The notes beneath the pieces are model-generated. The model did not search any database, was not told the origin of the DNA, and saw nothing but the letters and a program-made list of their open reading frames with translations. From assembly GCA_013265495.1 (NCBI GenBank), contig MU057989.1:1939513-2003512 (forward strand): a stretch of DNA of 64,000 nucleotides. Direction: 5' to 3'. Both the position numbers and the translations under genes were made by a program. The DNA comes from Vicugna vicugna (taxonomy: Eukaryota). Positions 52,356 to 63,955 of this stretch are shown piece by piece. Numbering within the stretch: position 1 is the first letter of the stretch; each line of letters starts with the position of its first letter.

Positions 52356-52579
52356 CTCCAGTGATTGACCTTAAACAAGTCAATCTGTGGCTCTGCTAGT
52401 GTTCCTTTCTCCCAGAAGAGGAACCAATTATTACAACCTATTGACTGACCCAAGGTAATTATAAATTTGGATTTAATAAACTTCGTTGTGCAATGGGCCA
52501 TGGAAGGGACTAATAGAGATCCGAATATGTTATCCAGCTAATGTAAGGCCTTGGCTCCAACTTTTTCTAGCTGTGATAC

Positions 52580-53930
52580 ACTTTTTAAAATTGAAGTACA
52601 GTTGATGAACAATATTATAAAAGTTACAGGTTTGCAATATAGTGCAATATAGGTCATCGTTTATATACTCCATTTATAGTTATTATAAAATATTGACTAT
52701 ATTCCCCATGTTGTACAATACATCTTTGTAGCTTATTTTATACCTAGTAGTTTGTACCTCTTAATCTCCTACCCCTATATATTGCCCCTAACTCTTCCAT
52801 CTCCTCACTGGTAACCACTGGTGTATCCTCTATATCTGTGAGTTTCTGTTTTGTTATATTCACTAGCTTGTTGTGCTTCTTACATTTCACATCTAAGTGA
52901 TATCATACTTTTGCCTTTCTCTGACTTGCTTCTCTTGGCATAATACCCTCCAAGTCCTTCCATGTTGCTGCAAATGGCAACATTTCCTTCTTTGTTATGG
53001 CTGAGCAGTAGTCCACCGTGTGTGTATCTCATACATTTTCTCTATTCATTCATCTGTTGGTGGACACTTGGGCTGCTTCCATATCTTGGCAATTGTAAGT
53101 AATGCTCCTATGAACACTGGAGTGGATATATCTTTTTGAATTAGTGTTTTTGTTTCCTTCAGATATATACCCAGGAGTAGAATTGCTGGGTCATATGGTA
53201 GTTCTATTTTTAGTTTTTGAGAAACCTCCATACTGTTTTCTAGTGGCTGCACCAATTTACATTCCCATAAACAGTGTACGAGGGTTCCCTTTTCTCCATA
53301 TTCTCACCAATATTTATTATTTGTTGTCTTTTTGATGATGGCCATCCTGGCAGGTGTGGAGTGATCTTACTGTGATTTTGATTTGCATTTCTCCGATTAG
53401 TGAGATTGAACATCTTTTCATGTGTCTCTTGGCCATCTGCACTTCCTCTTTGGAAAAATGTCTATTCAGGTCTTCTGCCCATTTTAAATCAGGTTTGTTT
53501 TTGATGTTGAGTTGTATGGGCTGTTTATATATTTTGGATATTAACCCCTTAACGATCATGGCATTTGCAAATATTTTCTCCCATTCAGTAGGGTATCTTT
53601 TCATTTTGTTGATGGTCCCTTCTGCTGTGCAAAAACTTTTAATTAGATTCTATTTGTTTACTTTGTTTTTATTTCCTTTGCTTTCAGAGACAGATCCAAA
53701 AAAATATTGCTGCAATTTATGTCAAAGAGTGTTCTACCTATGTTTCCCTCTAGGAGTTTTAGAGTATCCAATCTTAAACTGAAGTCTTTAATCCATTTTG
53801 AGTTTATTTTAGTTTATGGTGTTAGAGAATGCTCTAATTTCATTATTTTACATGTAGCTGTCCAGTTTTCCCAGCATCACTTGTTGAAGAGACTGTCTTC
53901 TCTCCACTGAATATTCTTGCCTCCTTTGCT
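52580..53930 (-). mobile_element. L1 ORF2 C-terminus + 3'UTR
   Basis: Peptides EWEKIFAN and KIELPYDPAILLLGIY in the ORF track. Confidence 0.9.
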
Positions 53931-53974
53931 GTGACATACATTTTGATGTTATTTGGTGCAAAAAAAAAGTGTTC

Positions 53975-54165
53975 GAATAGATAAACAAGATTATACTGTA
54001 TAGCACAGGGAAATATATACAAGATCTTGTGGTAGCTCACAACGAAAAAAAATGTGTCAATGAATATATATGTATGTTCATGTATAACTGAAAAATTGTG
54101 CTCTACACTGAAATTTGACACAACATTGTAAAATGACTATAACTCAATAAAAAAAGTTTAAAAAC
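53975..54165 (+). mobile_element. Short L1 3' end
   Basis: gtatagcacagggaaatatatacaagatcttg...caataaaaaaa. Confidence 0.8.
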
Positions 54166-55175
54166 ATAGTGTTTGTTGTGCTTTGTAACATTTTTCATTG
54201 TATAGAGATTTCATCTTAAGAACTGAAGTCAAAAGAAGTGAAGTCGTGAAGAAAAAGGCTTCTCAATGGGAAATTACAAAACCAATTCACTCACATACTT
54301 CACTGACTGAACTCAAATCCCCTCAGACTGGCTCCTCCAGAGTTAAGCAGAGGAAATGAAAACAGGCCACCCACTGTCTTCTTGGTAGTATTTTTCTTTT
54401 AAATTTTATAGGGTGCAGAGTGTTTAAATACCTTGCGTTTGGTCACACAGCTAGAAGATGTTGGAGTAAGTATTCAAATCATGCCTCTCTCCCCCACCAG
54501 AGTCCAGGCAGGAAGCCTTGGAGGTATAAAGTGACAAAACTGATTCCTCCTGGCAAATTCTGCTAAATCCTGAAAAGCTTGCAATTCTGTTCTGACGCTG
54601 GCATGGATCAACTAATAAAATTCAAGGCTTGTCAAATGCAGAAAACTCAGTATGGGGTTTCCTCATGAAGTAAAACCCCAAATGGCTATACTTCCAAAAT
54701 AAAACTAAAGCAGAAGTAAACGTTGCCAGGCAGATGGAAAGGGCAAAGGAAAGTTTCTTGACCTTGTCTTCCTCAAGTATGTGTGGACCTAATAATCAAC
54801 TACCACAAACCAGCCTTGTGTCTTATTCATGCTACATGTAGGAGTCTGAAAAATGTCAGGGAGATAATTTGAAGAGGACTCAAGTCGGAGATGTATCCTT
54901 AAGAGAATGGCTCAAGCTAAAAATGATCAGTTTCTAAAAAGATGAAATTATATCCCTACATTGTGCCCAATTAAAAAAAATTAACCCCAGATGATTCAAG
55001 GATTTAAACATTAGGATAGAAACGCCAGCATTCTTAGCGGAAAGGAGAGTGGACGTCTCTAGGCCTCAGGGTGGGGAAGGATTTCTTAAGCAGGACAAGG
55101 AGTGCACTTACCATGAAGGCTGATGAATCTGACTATATTAAAATTAAGAATTTTATTCATCAAAAGACACCTTGT

Positions 55176-55560
55176 GGGAGGGTATAGCTCAGTGGTAGAG
55201 TGTGTGCTTAGCATGCACAAGGTTCTGGGTTCAATTCTCAGTACCTCCATTAAAAGATAAATAAATACCCCACTTGTTGGCATGTGAAGCCACCGAGCCC
55301 ATAAAAACTGGCAACACCATGCCTCGCGGCCTCTCTCACTCCCTCGTCTTCCAAGATGGCCCGCACTCTGTCTCTGGAGTGTGTATCTACCTTTACTTTA
55401 ACCTGCGCACCCAACCCCCACACCTCATGGCCTTTCTCTTGCCTTCTGAAACAGCCTGCAGTCTATGTAGTATGTATCTCTCTAAATCTATCTTTAATTA
55501 AAAAAAGATAAATAAATAAATAAATAAACTCAATGACCTCCCCCCCAAAACAAACAAAAG
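55176..55560 (+). mobile_element. vic-1-like SINE interrupted by an LTR retrocopy
   Basis: Head 55176-55250; tail resumes after 55503; caaaagacacctt flanks. Confidence 0.85.
55268..55502 (+). mobile_element. Retrocopy of LTR U3-R 3' end (copy B)
   Basis: Homologous to ~42220-42440 and to copy A; 16-bp TSD AAAAGATAAATAAATA. Confidence 0.8.
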
Positions 55561-56149
55561 ACACCTTAAAGAAGGTGAAAAGCAATTTAAACTGAAGATA
55601 TTCACAGTACATACAATTGAAAAAAAATTAGTAAGAGACTGACTTTATATCCCCAAGACTTTTTTTTACAATATGCATGCATTAGTATGTTGATTTTAAC
55701 ATTAAATTGAAGAAATAAAAATATCCAGTAAAGCTAGATCCATTATCTCCTCTCAGATAATTGTTGGAGCCTAGATGTAATGAGGGAATTCAGTACATTA
55801 AAATTATCCCTTTTATGTAAATGACTGAAACTCTCCATTTAAAGGATTTTTTAAAAATCATAACTAATTTTAAGAGCAAAACTGTTTGCATATCAGATGC
55901 CATTTACTCTAAAACAACTGCCAAAGAATATTTCTAGAAACGCACTGGAGAAAGTGTAAGAACATACATGGGTGAGACACACCGACTTCAGGACATGATT
56001 CCCTGCGGGGAGGGAAAAGAAAGACGCTTTAGTGATAGGCATTTTAAAGGAGAGAGGAGTGAGGCAAATGTGGGAAAATGCTAACATTTTATTAAGTGAG
56101 CGGGTCGTGGTACACAACTTTTCTGAATGTGTGAAATCTTTCATAGTTT

Positions 56150-56285
56150 AAATTGGGGTGGGGGGTCCTGGGGGGAGGTAATTAGGTTGGCTTATTTATT
56201 TATTTAACAGAAGTACTGGGGCTTGAACCCAGGGCCTCATGCATGCTTAGCACGCACTCTACCACTGAGCTGTCCCCTCCCTCCT
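56150..56285 (-). mobile_element. vic-1-like SINE
   Basis: SINE core; tcatagtttaa flanks. Confidence 0.85.
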
Positions 56286-56955
56286 CATAGTTTAAGTTCT
56301 TTAACATTAAGAACACTGGGAAGAAGTGTGCATCAACACTAGTTGTCTCAGGATGCTGGACACAAACAGGATTTGTCTACACTGGCTCGTTTGCTAGAAT
56401 GACCAACTCTAACATTTATATTTTAAAACACGACACATCTATTCAAATGATTTTGATTTGGTAACAAACCAGAGAATCAGAAGGCAGATCACAGGTTGCA
56501 GAAGAGACAAGCTGTAGACTCCATGAGCCTGTGCTCGGCCTGCCCCACCCCAACCTGCAGAAACCTGTTGTTTTTCTCTGTGTTCCCTTTTATCTGTGTG
56601 CCAGTGCCCTGTCTTTACTGCCTCCGTAATCTTTTAATATCTAAAAAGGGTAGTTGCTCTGTCATTCTAACTTTCAGAATTTGGGAGAATGATAGCTATG
56701 TACTTGTTGATAAGAGCTTGTATCACGCACCAGGCCCTGTGCCAAGCACCTAAATAGGATGGTTGGAGCATAAGGAACTTGCTGAGTCCCAAAGCCAGGC
56801 CATGGGGCTGGGTGAGATTTGAACCACACATTGATTCCAGGATCTTACCTCTATGCTATACTTTCCCCATGTGCGTTTATTTTTCTCCACAGCTGAATTT
56901 AGGCTCCTTTTCATTGTTTTTAATTTTTGTAATTTTTAATTTTAATTTTTTTTCT

Positions 56956-57144
56956 TTAGGGTTAGGGTTAGCGTTAGGAGTAGGTGTTAGGGCTAGGGTT
57001 AGGGCTAAGGGTTTAGGTTAGGCTTCATGTTAGGGTTAGGGTTAGGGCTTGGGCTAGGTTTAAGGCTAGGGTTAGGGTAAGGGTTTAGCGTTAGCGTGAG
57101 AGTTAGGGTTAGGGTTAGGGTTTAGCATTTAGGGGTAGGGTTAG
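56956..57144 (+). repeat. Interstitial telomeric sequence, degenerate (TTAGGG)n, ~31 units
   Basis: ttagggttagggttagcgttagg...gggttag. Confidence 0.95.
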
Positions 57145-59569
57145 TCTCATTGTCTTTATCTTTTTTAAGAGGAATTAGAATACCCTTCCTAATTTGTGAA
57201 GAATCCACAGTATTTGCTATCTGTGAGGGACAAGACAACTTGTTTTCCCTAACAAGTTGCTAAAATAGAAATATCTACTAGTGCCACGCTCGATATAAGA
57301 ATATCACTGTTGATTTTTCTGACAATAAACATACTTACATCCTCCATTTTTTAATACTATTTTTTTATTTTTACATTTTTTATTGATTCATAATCATTTT
57401 ACAGTGTTGTGTTACATCCTCCATTTTTGAAGAGTAAGGCGACATACAAAGTATTAAAGTACTCAAAAAATCTCACTGCCCATACATTCTCTTCGAGTAG
57501 CTTTCCATTGCACTAAATACTTTTGTATAATTTTAGTATTTTGTTGATTCATACAAAGTATTCTGTTCAGACCAAAGACATGCCCATCCACAGTGTAAAA
57601 AGATTCCTCAAACCCTACAAAGGGAACAGATCCTTTCAGCCAGCACCCAAAGAACGGCCATGACCAGCACTTTTTTCTGACTTTTTTCAGCACTGCTTTT
57701 CTGACTTAAATATAAATGGAATCATTGTGAGATTTATCCATGTTGCCAGCAGTTATAGTTCCACTCTCTGAATAAATCATAATTTAGTTTTCCATTCTGT
57801 TGATGTACATTTTAGTTGTTTCCCATTTAGACCTGCAATGAATCGGGCTACTGTGAAAATCCCTGTACGTGACTTCAGTGCATACATATATGCATTTCCA
57901 CTGAGTATTTGTCTACACTGGAATTGCTGAGTTAGAGGGTGTACGTAAAGTCACATTGCCAAGGTGCCTGAATCGATTTACCTTCCTTTCAGCAGGGTGT
58001 GGGACTTCCAGTTGCTCTGCATCTTTGTCAATGGTCGATTTTTATTTTAGAGACTAGGGATTAGCACTATTGCACTGCACTTCTAAAAAATACAATCACT
58101 TAACTGGTTACACAATATAAAATTGGGAGTGTACATTTCCTTCTTTGGTAAATTTGCAAGTTGTGCCATCATCACCACAAACCAATTTTTGAATATTTCC
58201 GTCACTTCAGTAAGTTCCCTTTTGCCTGTTTGCAGTCAGTCATCTCTACTGTCTCCAGCCCCAGGCAATCAGCCTGCTTTCAGTCTCCGCAAAGTTGTCT
58301 TTTCTGAACATCTAATTTAAGTAGAATAATATAAAGTGCCATCTTTTGCATCTGGCTTCTTTATCTAGTTGGAGTATCTCTGCTTTTTGATTGGAGTATT
58401 TAGCCCATTCTACTTTAATGTAAGTATCGTAAGATTGGATTTCTGTCTGCCATTTTGCTTTATTTCCTATCATGTCTTTTTTCTTTTCCTCCTTCATTAT
58501 TTTGTGTTGGATAAATTTTTGTATACCATTTTGACTCCTATTTTTAAAGTGATTTTTTTTTCCTCGGGGTTGCCTTAGGGATGATAGAAATCTTAACTCA
58601 TTACATGCTGTTTCTGATTAATGGAAAGGAGGGAAGGAGGAAAAAGAAACAGTTGAATAAATGGAAACACTAGGTTCTTGGATAGCAGAGTCCAGTGTTG
58701 CATGGATGTGGTCAGCTCTTCCCAGAACTCAATGCAATTTCAGTTATAATCACAACTGCTTTTTTAGGGGCTGAGGCTGTAGGTTGAGAGTCTTCCTTAA
58801 AGTCCGATTATACAGATGCTTCAGAAGGACTCGGGAAGGCTGTAAATAAGGTTTTTCCTAGATGTCTAGTGAAAAATTCCGAGATAAATAGTGCAAATGT
58901 GTATTAACTAAACTGAAGTACAACAGCCTGTCACATATGCTCCACAGCGAGACTCTCAAGATTTCCCAGAGAATCCATAAACCTCTGAAACTTTTCTCTG
59001 ATACCTTCAGTGAGTGAAGAGTGAGCCTATTCAAAGACACTGTCCACATTGAATTATTTGCTGCCAACCAGCTTCCCCTGCTCCCAAAGTGTGCAGGCAG
59101 GAGTCACTGTCCTCACGCTGTCTGTGGCTTTCTCTCTCCCAGGCTTACAGTTCCTCACGGTTAGATCTAGGTTATCTATTTTCGGCAAAAATACTAGATA
59201 AATCATATTGTGTCTTTCTCAGTGCTTCACGTCACGTGGCATGGGGTCTGTTTTTGTCCCACTCAGTGAGATTGTTAAAGGCCTTGTTTTGATCAAAAGT
59301 GTGGAGTCGAGAAATTTTGGTGAAGGAAGTAGTGCCAACCTGGTGTAACTGAAATGGAGCGGCAGGAAGACCTCGGACAGGCTATCCCGTGTGCTCCGTA
59401 GCTGAACTTCAAAAGTTTTCCACAGATTCTAGCAATGATGAAACTTTGATGACTCTGGTCAGCCTATTCAAAAGCTGTTCAGACTGACCTCTTTACTAGC
59501 CCTTGATCATTTTACCTGCAAAAATGTACAAACGAGAGTAGAGTTGCTGTTTCCAGACTTGTGTAGTTT

Positions 59570-60110
59570 TTTTTTTCTTTTAAAAATTGAGGTCTAGTTG
59601 ATTCACAGTATTATATTAGTTTCAGGTGTACAACATAATGATTTACTATTTTTATAGATTGTACTCCATTTATAGTTATTGAAAATGGTGGCTGTATTTT
59701 CCTGTGCTGTACAATAGATCCTTGTTGCTCACCTATTTTATACACAGTGCTTTGTACCTCTTAATCTCCTGCCCTCCGCCCCTCCCCCTTCCTTCTCCCC
59801 ACTGGGAACCACTAGTTCGCTATGTCTGTGAGTCTGTTTCTGTTTTGTTATATATATTCATTTATTTTTTAGATTCTATATATGTGATAACAGTATTTGT
59901 CTAACTTATTTTACTAAGCATAATACTCTAGGTCCATCCACGTTGTTGCAAATGGAAGAATTTCTTACAGTCGAGTAATATTTCATTCTCTCTCTATATA
60001 TGCCATATCTTTATCCATTTATCTGTCGGTGGACACTCAGGTTGCTTCCATATCTTGGCTGTTGTAAATAGTGCTGCTCTGAACATCGAGGTTCATGTGT
60101 CTTTCGAATT
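59570..60110 (-). mobile_element. L1 3' end
   Basis: ggtgtacaacataatg...ttgcaaatgg...ggttgcttccatatcttggctgttgtaaatagtgctgc. Confidence 0.85.
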
Positions 60111-60581
60111 AGAGGAGACTTCTGTAGTTTTTGCCTCTGTTCCTGGACAACTTACACTGATGGCCTTGGGCCTGTTTCCAATTTTCCTATCTAATGCATC
60201 TTCTTTTAATTCATAAAATACACTCTTTAGTGCATATATAATATACATGTAGTTTAAAGAATAAAATGAACACTAGAGCATACTTTAGTAGAATAAAATC
60301 AATATTTTTGAGAAGGCATTTGTATAGACACATTTTCCATGAACCAGTTTGTTATGCATTTTAATAAATTGCTTCATTGGGAAAACACATGACCAAGACT
60401 GCCAACTGAACAGTGAGAGTAGGCTAGTCCTCTAAGGTATTAAATTATTCTATGCAGCTACATAGTTGGAAGTGGGCTACATAGGAAAAAATGACACACT
60501 TGGATGTAAAACTGATTAGTACTAGCAAGTCTGGGTGAGGATGGAGAACAGCTTTCCTGCCATGCAGTGGGAAGATCCGTT

Positions 60582-60856
60582 GGTACGGCTACACCATTGT
60601 AGGGCAGTTTAGCAGTGTGGTTTCTAAAGGGGCTCCACGTCCCTAGGAAGCTCTCCTAGGGATATAGTCCAGCATGGACACAATGATGCCAGTGGAAATT
60701 CAGTGCAAAGGTACGGCTACACCATTGTAGGGCAATTTAGCAGTGTGGTTTTTAAAGGGGCTCGTTCTGTAACCCAGCCGTTCCACATCCCTAGGAAGCT
60801 CCCCTAGGGATATAGTCCAGCATGGACACAATGATGCCAGTGGAAATTCAGTGCAA
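60582..60856 (+). repeat. Tandem duplication of ~128/147 bp
   Basis: ggtacggctacaccattgtagggca...ggaaattcagtgcaa at 60582-60708 and 60710-60856. Confidence 0.92.
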
Positions 60857-62359
60857 CAGTTCGTAATCGAGTAATTTGGGAAAGAAACCAAACAACCAGT
60901 GGTGAAGGAAGGGGCTAAATCAAACTGTCCCCATCCTGAGGGAAATCAAGCTGCTAGAAGGTGAAAAAGGTATATCCAAAAATGTAAAAGTACATGTTAA
61001 ACTGTTTAAAGTGATTTCCTGTAAGACAGGAAGTTTGAGAGGGCAGACATGGAGGCCTGGGGACTTTGATTTGGGTGAAGACTCGGCATTGGTTTGGCAC
61101 TGGTTTATGCCCTGCTTGGAGAGGAAATTAAGTTTCTTTAAAAATCGATACTTTATGGGCATAAGGAATTTTACATAGAGGTTCGTAACACCTAAATGCT
61201 TGTATTTAAAGTTCAACCTCCCTTCTTTTCCTGAGTCCCTCCAGCCAAGGAGGTTTACTATATTTCACCACTTTCTTTCATAAACTGGTTTCAGACATGT
61301 CCATGTGATGTGTGTGCATATAGAGGGCATTTCTGTCTAAGTTTCAGAATAGTCAGAGACTCCTAAATATTCCCTTGGCTTGCTACCTGCTGCTCCTTTC
61401 TTATAAAGGAGAGAATAGGACATTCTGGTCAAGTGGGTACTACTTAGGTGGGGTAACACAAAACAAACCAGAAAAATATTGCTGAGTCTTAATTCTACTC
61501 TGCTGTAGCCTCTAAACATTGAGTCTGCATTGATTTTTAGTCTTGTGTTTAAGTTTCACTCACCTCAGCTATTTTTAGAAGAGGCAAGGAGAAGCCTATT
61601 AACTATTGGTAAATTCAGCTCGCACCTTTATTTTCCTTATTATAAACTAAAGACTTATTTAAAATTGGAGGGATCATTAGGGGACACACCACTCCCTGCT
61701 CTTTAAAGTTAGGTTTTGTTGAATTTTTTTTCTAGTTTTTATTTGCTTCCCAATGATTTCCTTGAAAGGATTAAAGATTAACAGCAAGATATGATAGATG
61801 ACAGTTTTATCAAGCAATATACTATGGAAGACACAGCTGGTGGTGTCCAGGTCCACTTACAAATATGACTTTCCTGCAGACAGAACTAGCAATACTTGCA
61901 AATGTGGAACACGTGCTCAACAAAATTCAAACAACCTAATAGAACATTGTGCCTTCTGTTCATCTTTGGGGCAGGTACTGATCATAACTTATTTTCAGTT
62001 ATCTGTGAAATACTTCAAGTGTTTACTGCCCTGTTCATTCCCCCCAGTTTTACTGTTTGTTCAGGATCTTTTGGGTTTTGTTTTCGTTTTCCCTGAGGTA
62101 TAATTTACCTACAATAAAGCTTACACTTTTTAGCTGATGGTTCAAGATTTGACAAATGTATACGGTTGCATAATCACCAACTAATCAAGCTGTAGACAGT
62201 CTGTTAACCCCAAGAGGCTCTCTCTTGGCCCTTTGCAGACAATTGGCTCCTTCCAACCCCAAGGTTTTGGTGAATTTTTAAAACAAAAGGTTCCGTAACA
62301 CTGAATTGATTCACGTTGTTTTTGATCCTAGCACCCAGCTGTTGGCAGTTTACTTCCCT

Positions 62360-63440
62360 CATCTAGCGACGGTGCCAGGACCGGGAGTCAGACCGATAGA
62401 GGTGCGAATCACCCCTGCCATGGAGCAGCCCCGCTGCCCCCGCTTTTCCGGTTCCCATCCCCCGACCCCGCCGTCAGTTGCCCGAGGGGAAGTCCGGGGC
62501 TTGCAGCGCCGAGAAACGCCAGGCCCGGGTTGAAACCAAGTTTTCGCTTCCCAGGTGATCTTGAGTGGAGACATCACAGTCTTGGACAGGTTTCCCGGAG
62601 AAGATGGGGCCAAGAGGCCTTTGACCTTCCAAAGCCGGATGCGCGCGGTGAAGGGGCACAAGGGAAGCACCTGGTCGGCCAGAAATCCAAAAGCTCCCCC
62701 CGGCCTGAGTGCGAGTCAGCCCAGAGCACTCGTGCCTCTCCCCCACTTCTCCCTGCCACTTAACAGCCGTTAGGGAAATTCGGCTCTTAATAGAACTCTG
62801 GGTTCGTGTTTGCAAACATTTTAATGGGGTGGTGGGGGGGAGGGGACACCAAAACCAACCCACACACCGTTTTCCTTCTTTTCAGCTTCTGCATCAGAAT
62901 CAGAACTGAGAATAGAGCTCCAGACAGGGGCTTCCACTTTGACCTTGCCTGGCGCTCTTGTTCCTGGGCCCCAGATGCCTTCAAAACCTGGTAACCGGGC
63001 TCTGGGCGGTAGCTTCGGGGAGGCGCTGGGCCGCCGCCTCCCTGACAGGCTCCTTCTCCGAGCCTGGAAGAAGAGCAGTGTGAGACCACGCCTGTGTTCC
63101 AAATACTCTCTCCTCAAAAGGAGTCAGCAGTACGGGCTGCCGGGGTTGGCCTGGAATCTGAGAGTACGAGGTCAGTTAGGTCCTCTAGATCCCTTGCAGA
63201 GAAGAACCCCCTCCCCGCCAAGGCGAACTAAGAGGATGAGACCGCTGCCCAGGCACAGCCAGGAGGCATCAAGATCCCCTGCCCAGGGAACCTTTCACTG
63301 TCCGGGGTCCCGTACTTGGCGGTGCAGGGGCCTGTTCGCAAGACTTCGCAGGTGCACCCGGCCCGAGCGCCTCATCTGGATCCTCCCACTTCCAGGTGCG
63401 CTGGTAGAGGGCGGAGCTCCGGGCTTGAGCCTACGACTGG
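62360..63440. promoter_or_regulatory. CpG-rich region around the KHDC3L remnant
   Basis: Elevated GC/CpG relative to flanks. Confidence 0.55.
62785..63063 (-). pseudogene. KHDC3L: KHDC3L (ECAT1/FILIA) last exon, collapsed, plus 3'UTR; upstream KH exons not found
   Basis: ctcttcttccag|GC TCG GAG AAG: (G/S)SEKEPVREAAAQRLPEATAQSPVTRF* (TGA 62983-62981) resembles recalled human exon 3 GSGK...VREAGTQR...DPVTRL*; following tgaaggcatct...aaagtggaagccc...gcaaacacgaacccagagttcta resembles the recalled 3'UTR; strand and position fit synteny. Confidence 0.7.
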
Positions 63441-63874
63441 GAAACTGTGGAAGCAGTTAACTGTGGACTCAGGGAGGTGAGGACGGTCCCAGAGAGGTAG
63501 GAGAGATCCAACACCAGGAAAATATCTTTCAGAGAAGCGAACTGATATTTGCAGACACCTGGGTGCATTTCAGACAGTTCTAATGGTATCAGTTTAGCAT
63601 TCCGGAGGGGTTGGAATAACTTTTAAATGGAAAACCTAATTAAATACATGGGAAAGCAAAAACTTAAGGGGGTAAAAAGGTGTTCAAAGCCTTAAGTCCC
63701 CCACTTCCTCCTGAACCCTGATCACCGAGTTCCCTCCCCAGATCCCAGTACATTTCCGTCTTCTTCCTTAGCATATTAGAGACAGCTGAGCACAGCCAAT
63801 AGCGGCTGGTCCCTGTGGTTTGGACACCAGAGGAAAATCCCTTAAAAATTTTTTCAATTCTCTAAATAACACGA

Positions 63875-63955
63875 TTGCCTAGCATGTATGAGGTCCTGGG
63901 TTCAATCCCCAGTACCACCATTAAAATCAATCAATCAATCAAATTAAAAAATAAA
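63875..63955 (+). mobile_element. vic-1-like SINE (5'-truncated)
   Basis: gcctagcatgtatgaggtcctgggttcaatccccagtacc plus tail. Confidence 0.8.

Noticed and set aside
59430..59490. C/D box snoRNA-like motifs (ATGATGA...CTGA)
   Set aside because: Too short, no terminal stem, and not in an evident host intron.
62939..63460. 173-aa plus-strand ORF
   Set aside because: Non-ATG start, GC-rich, no KH or other motif; the meaningful signal is on the opposite strand.
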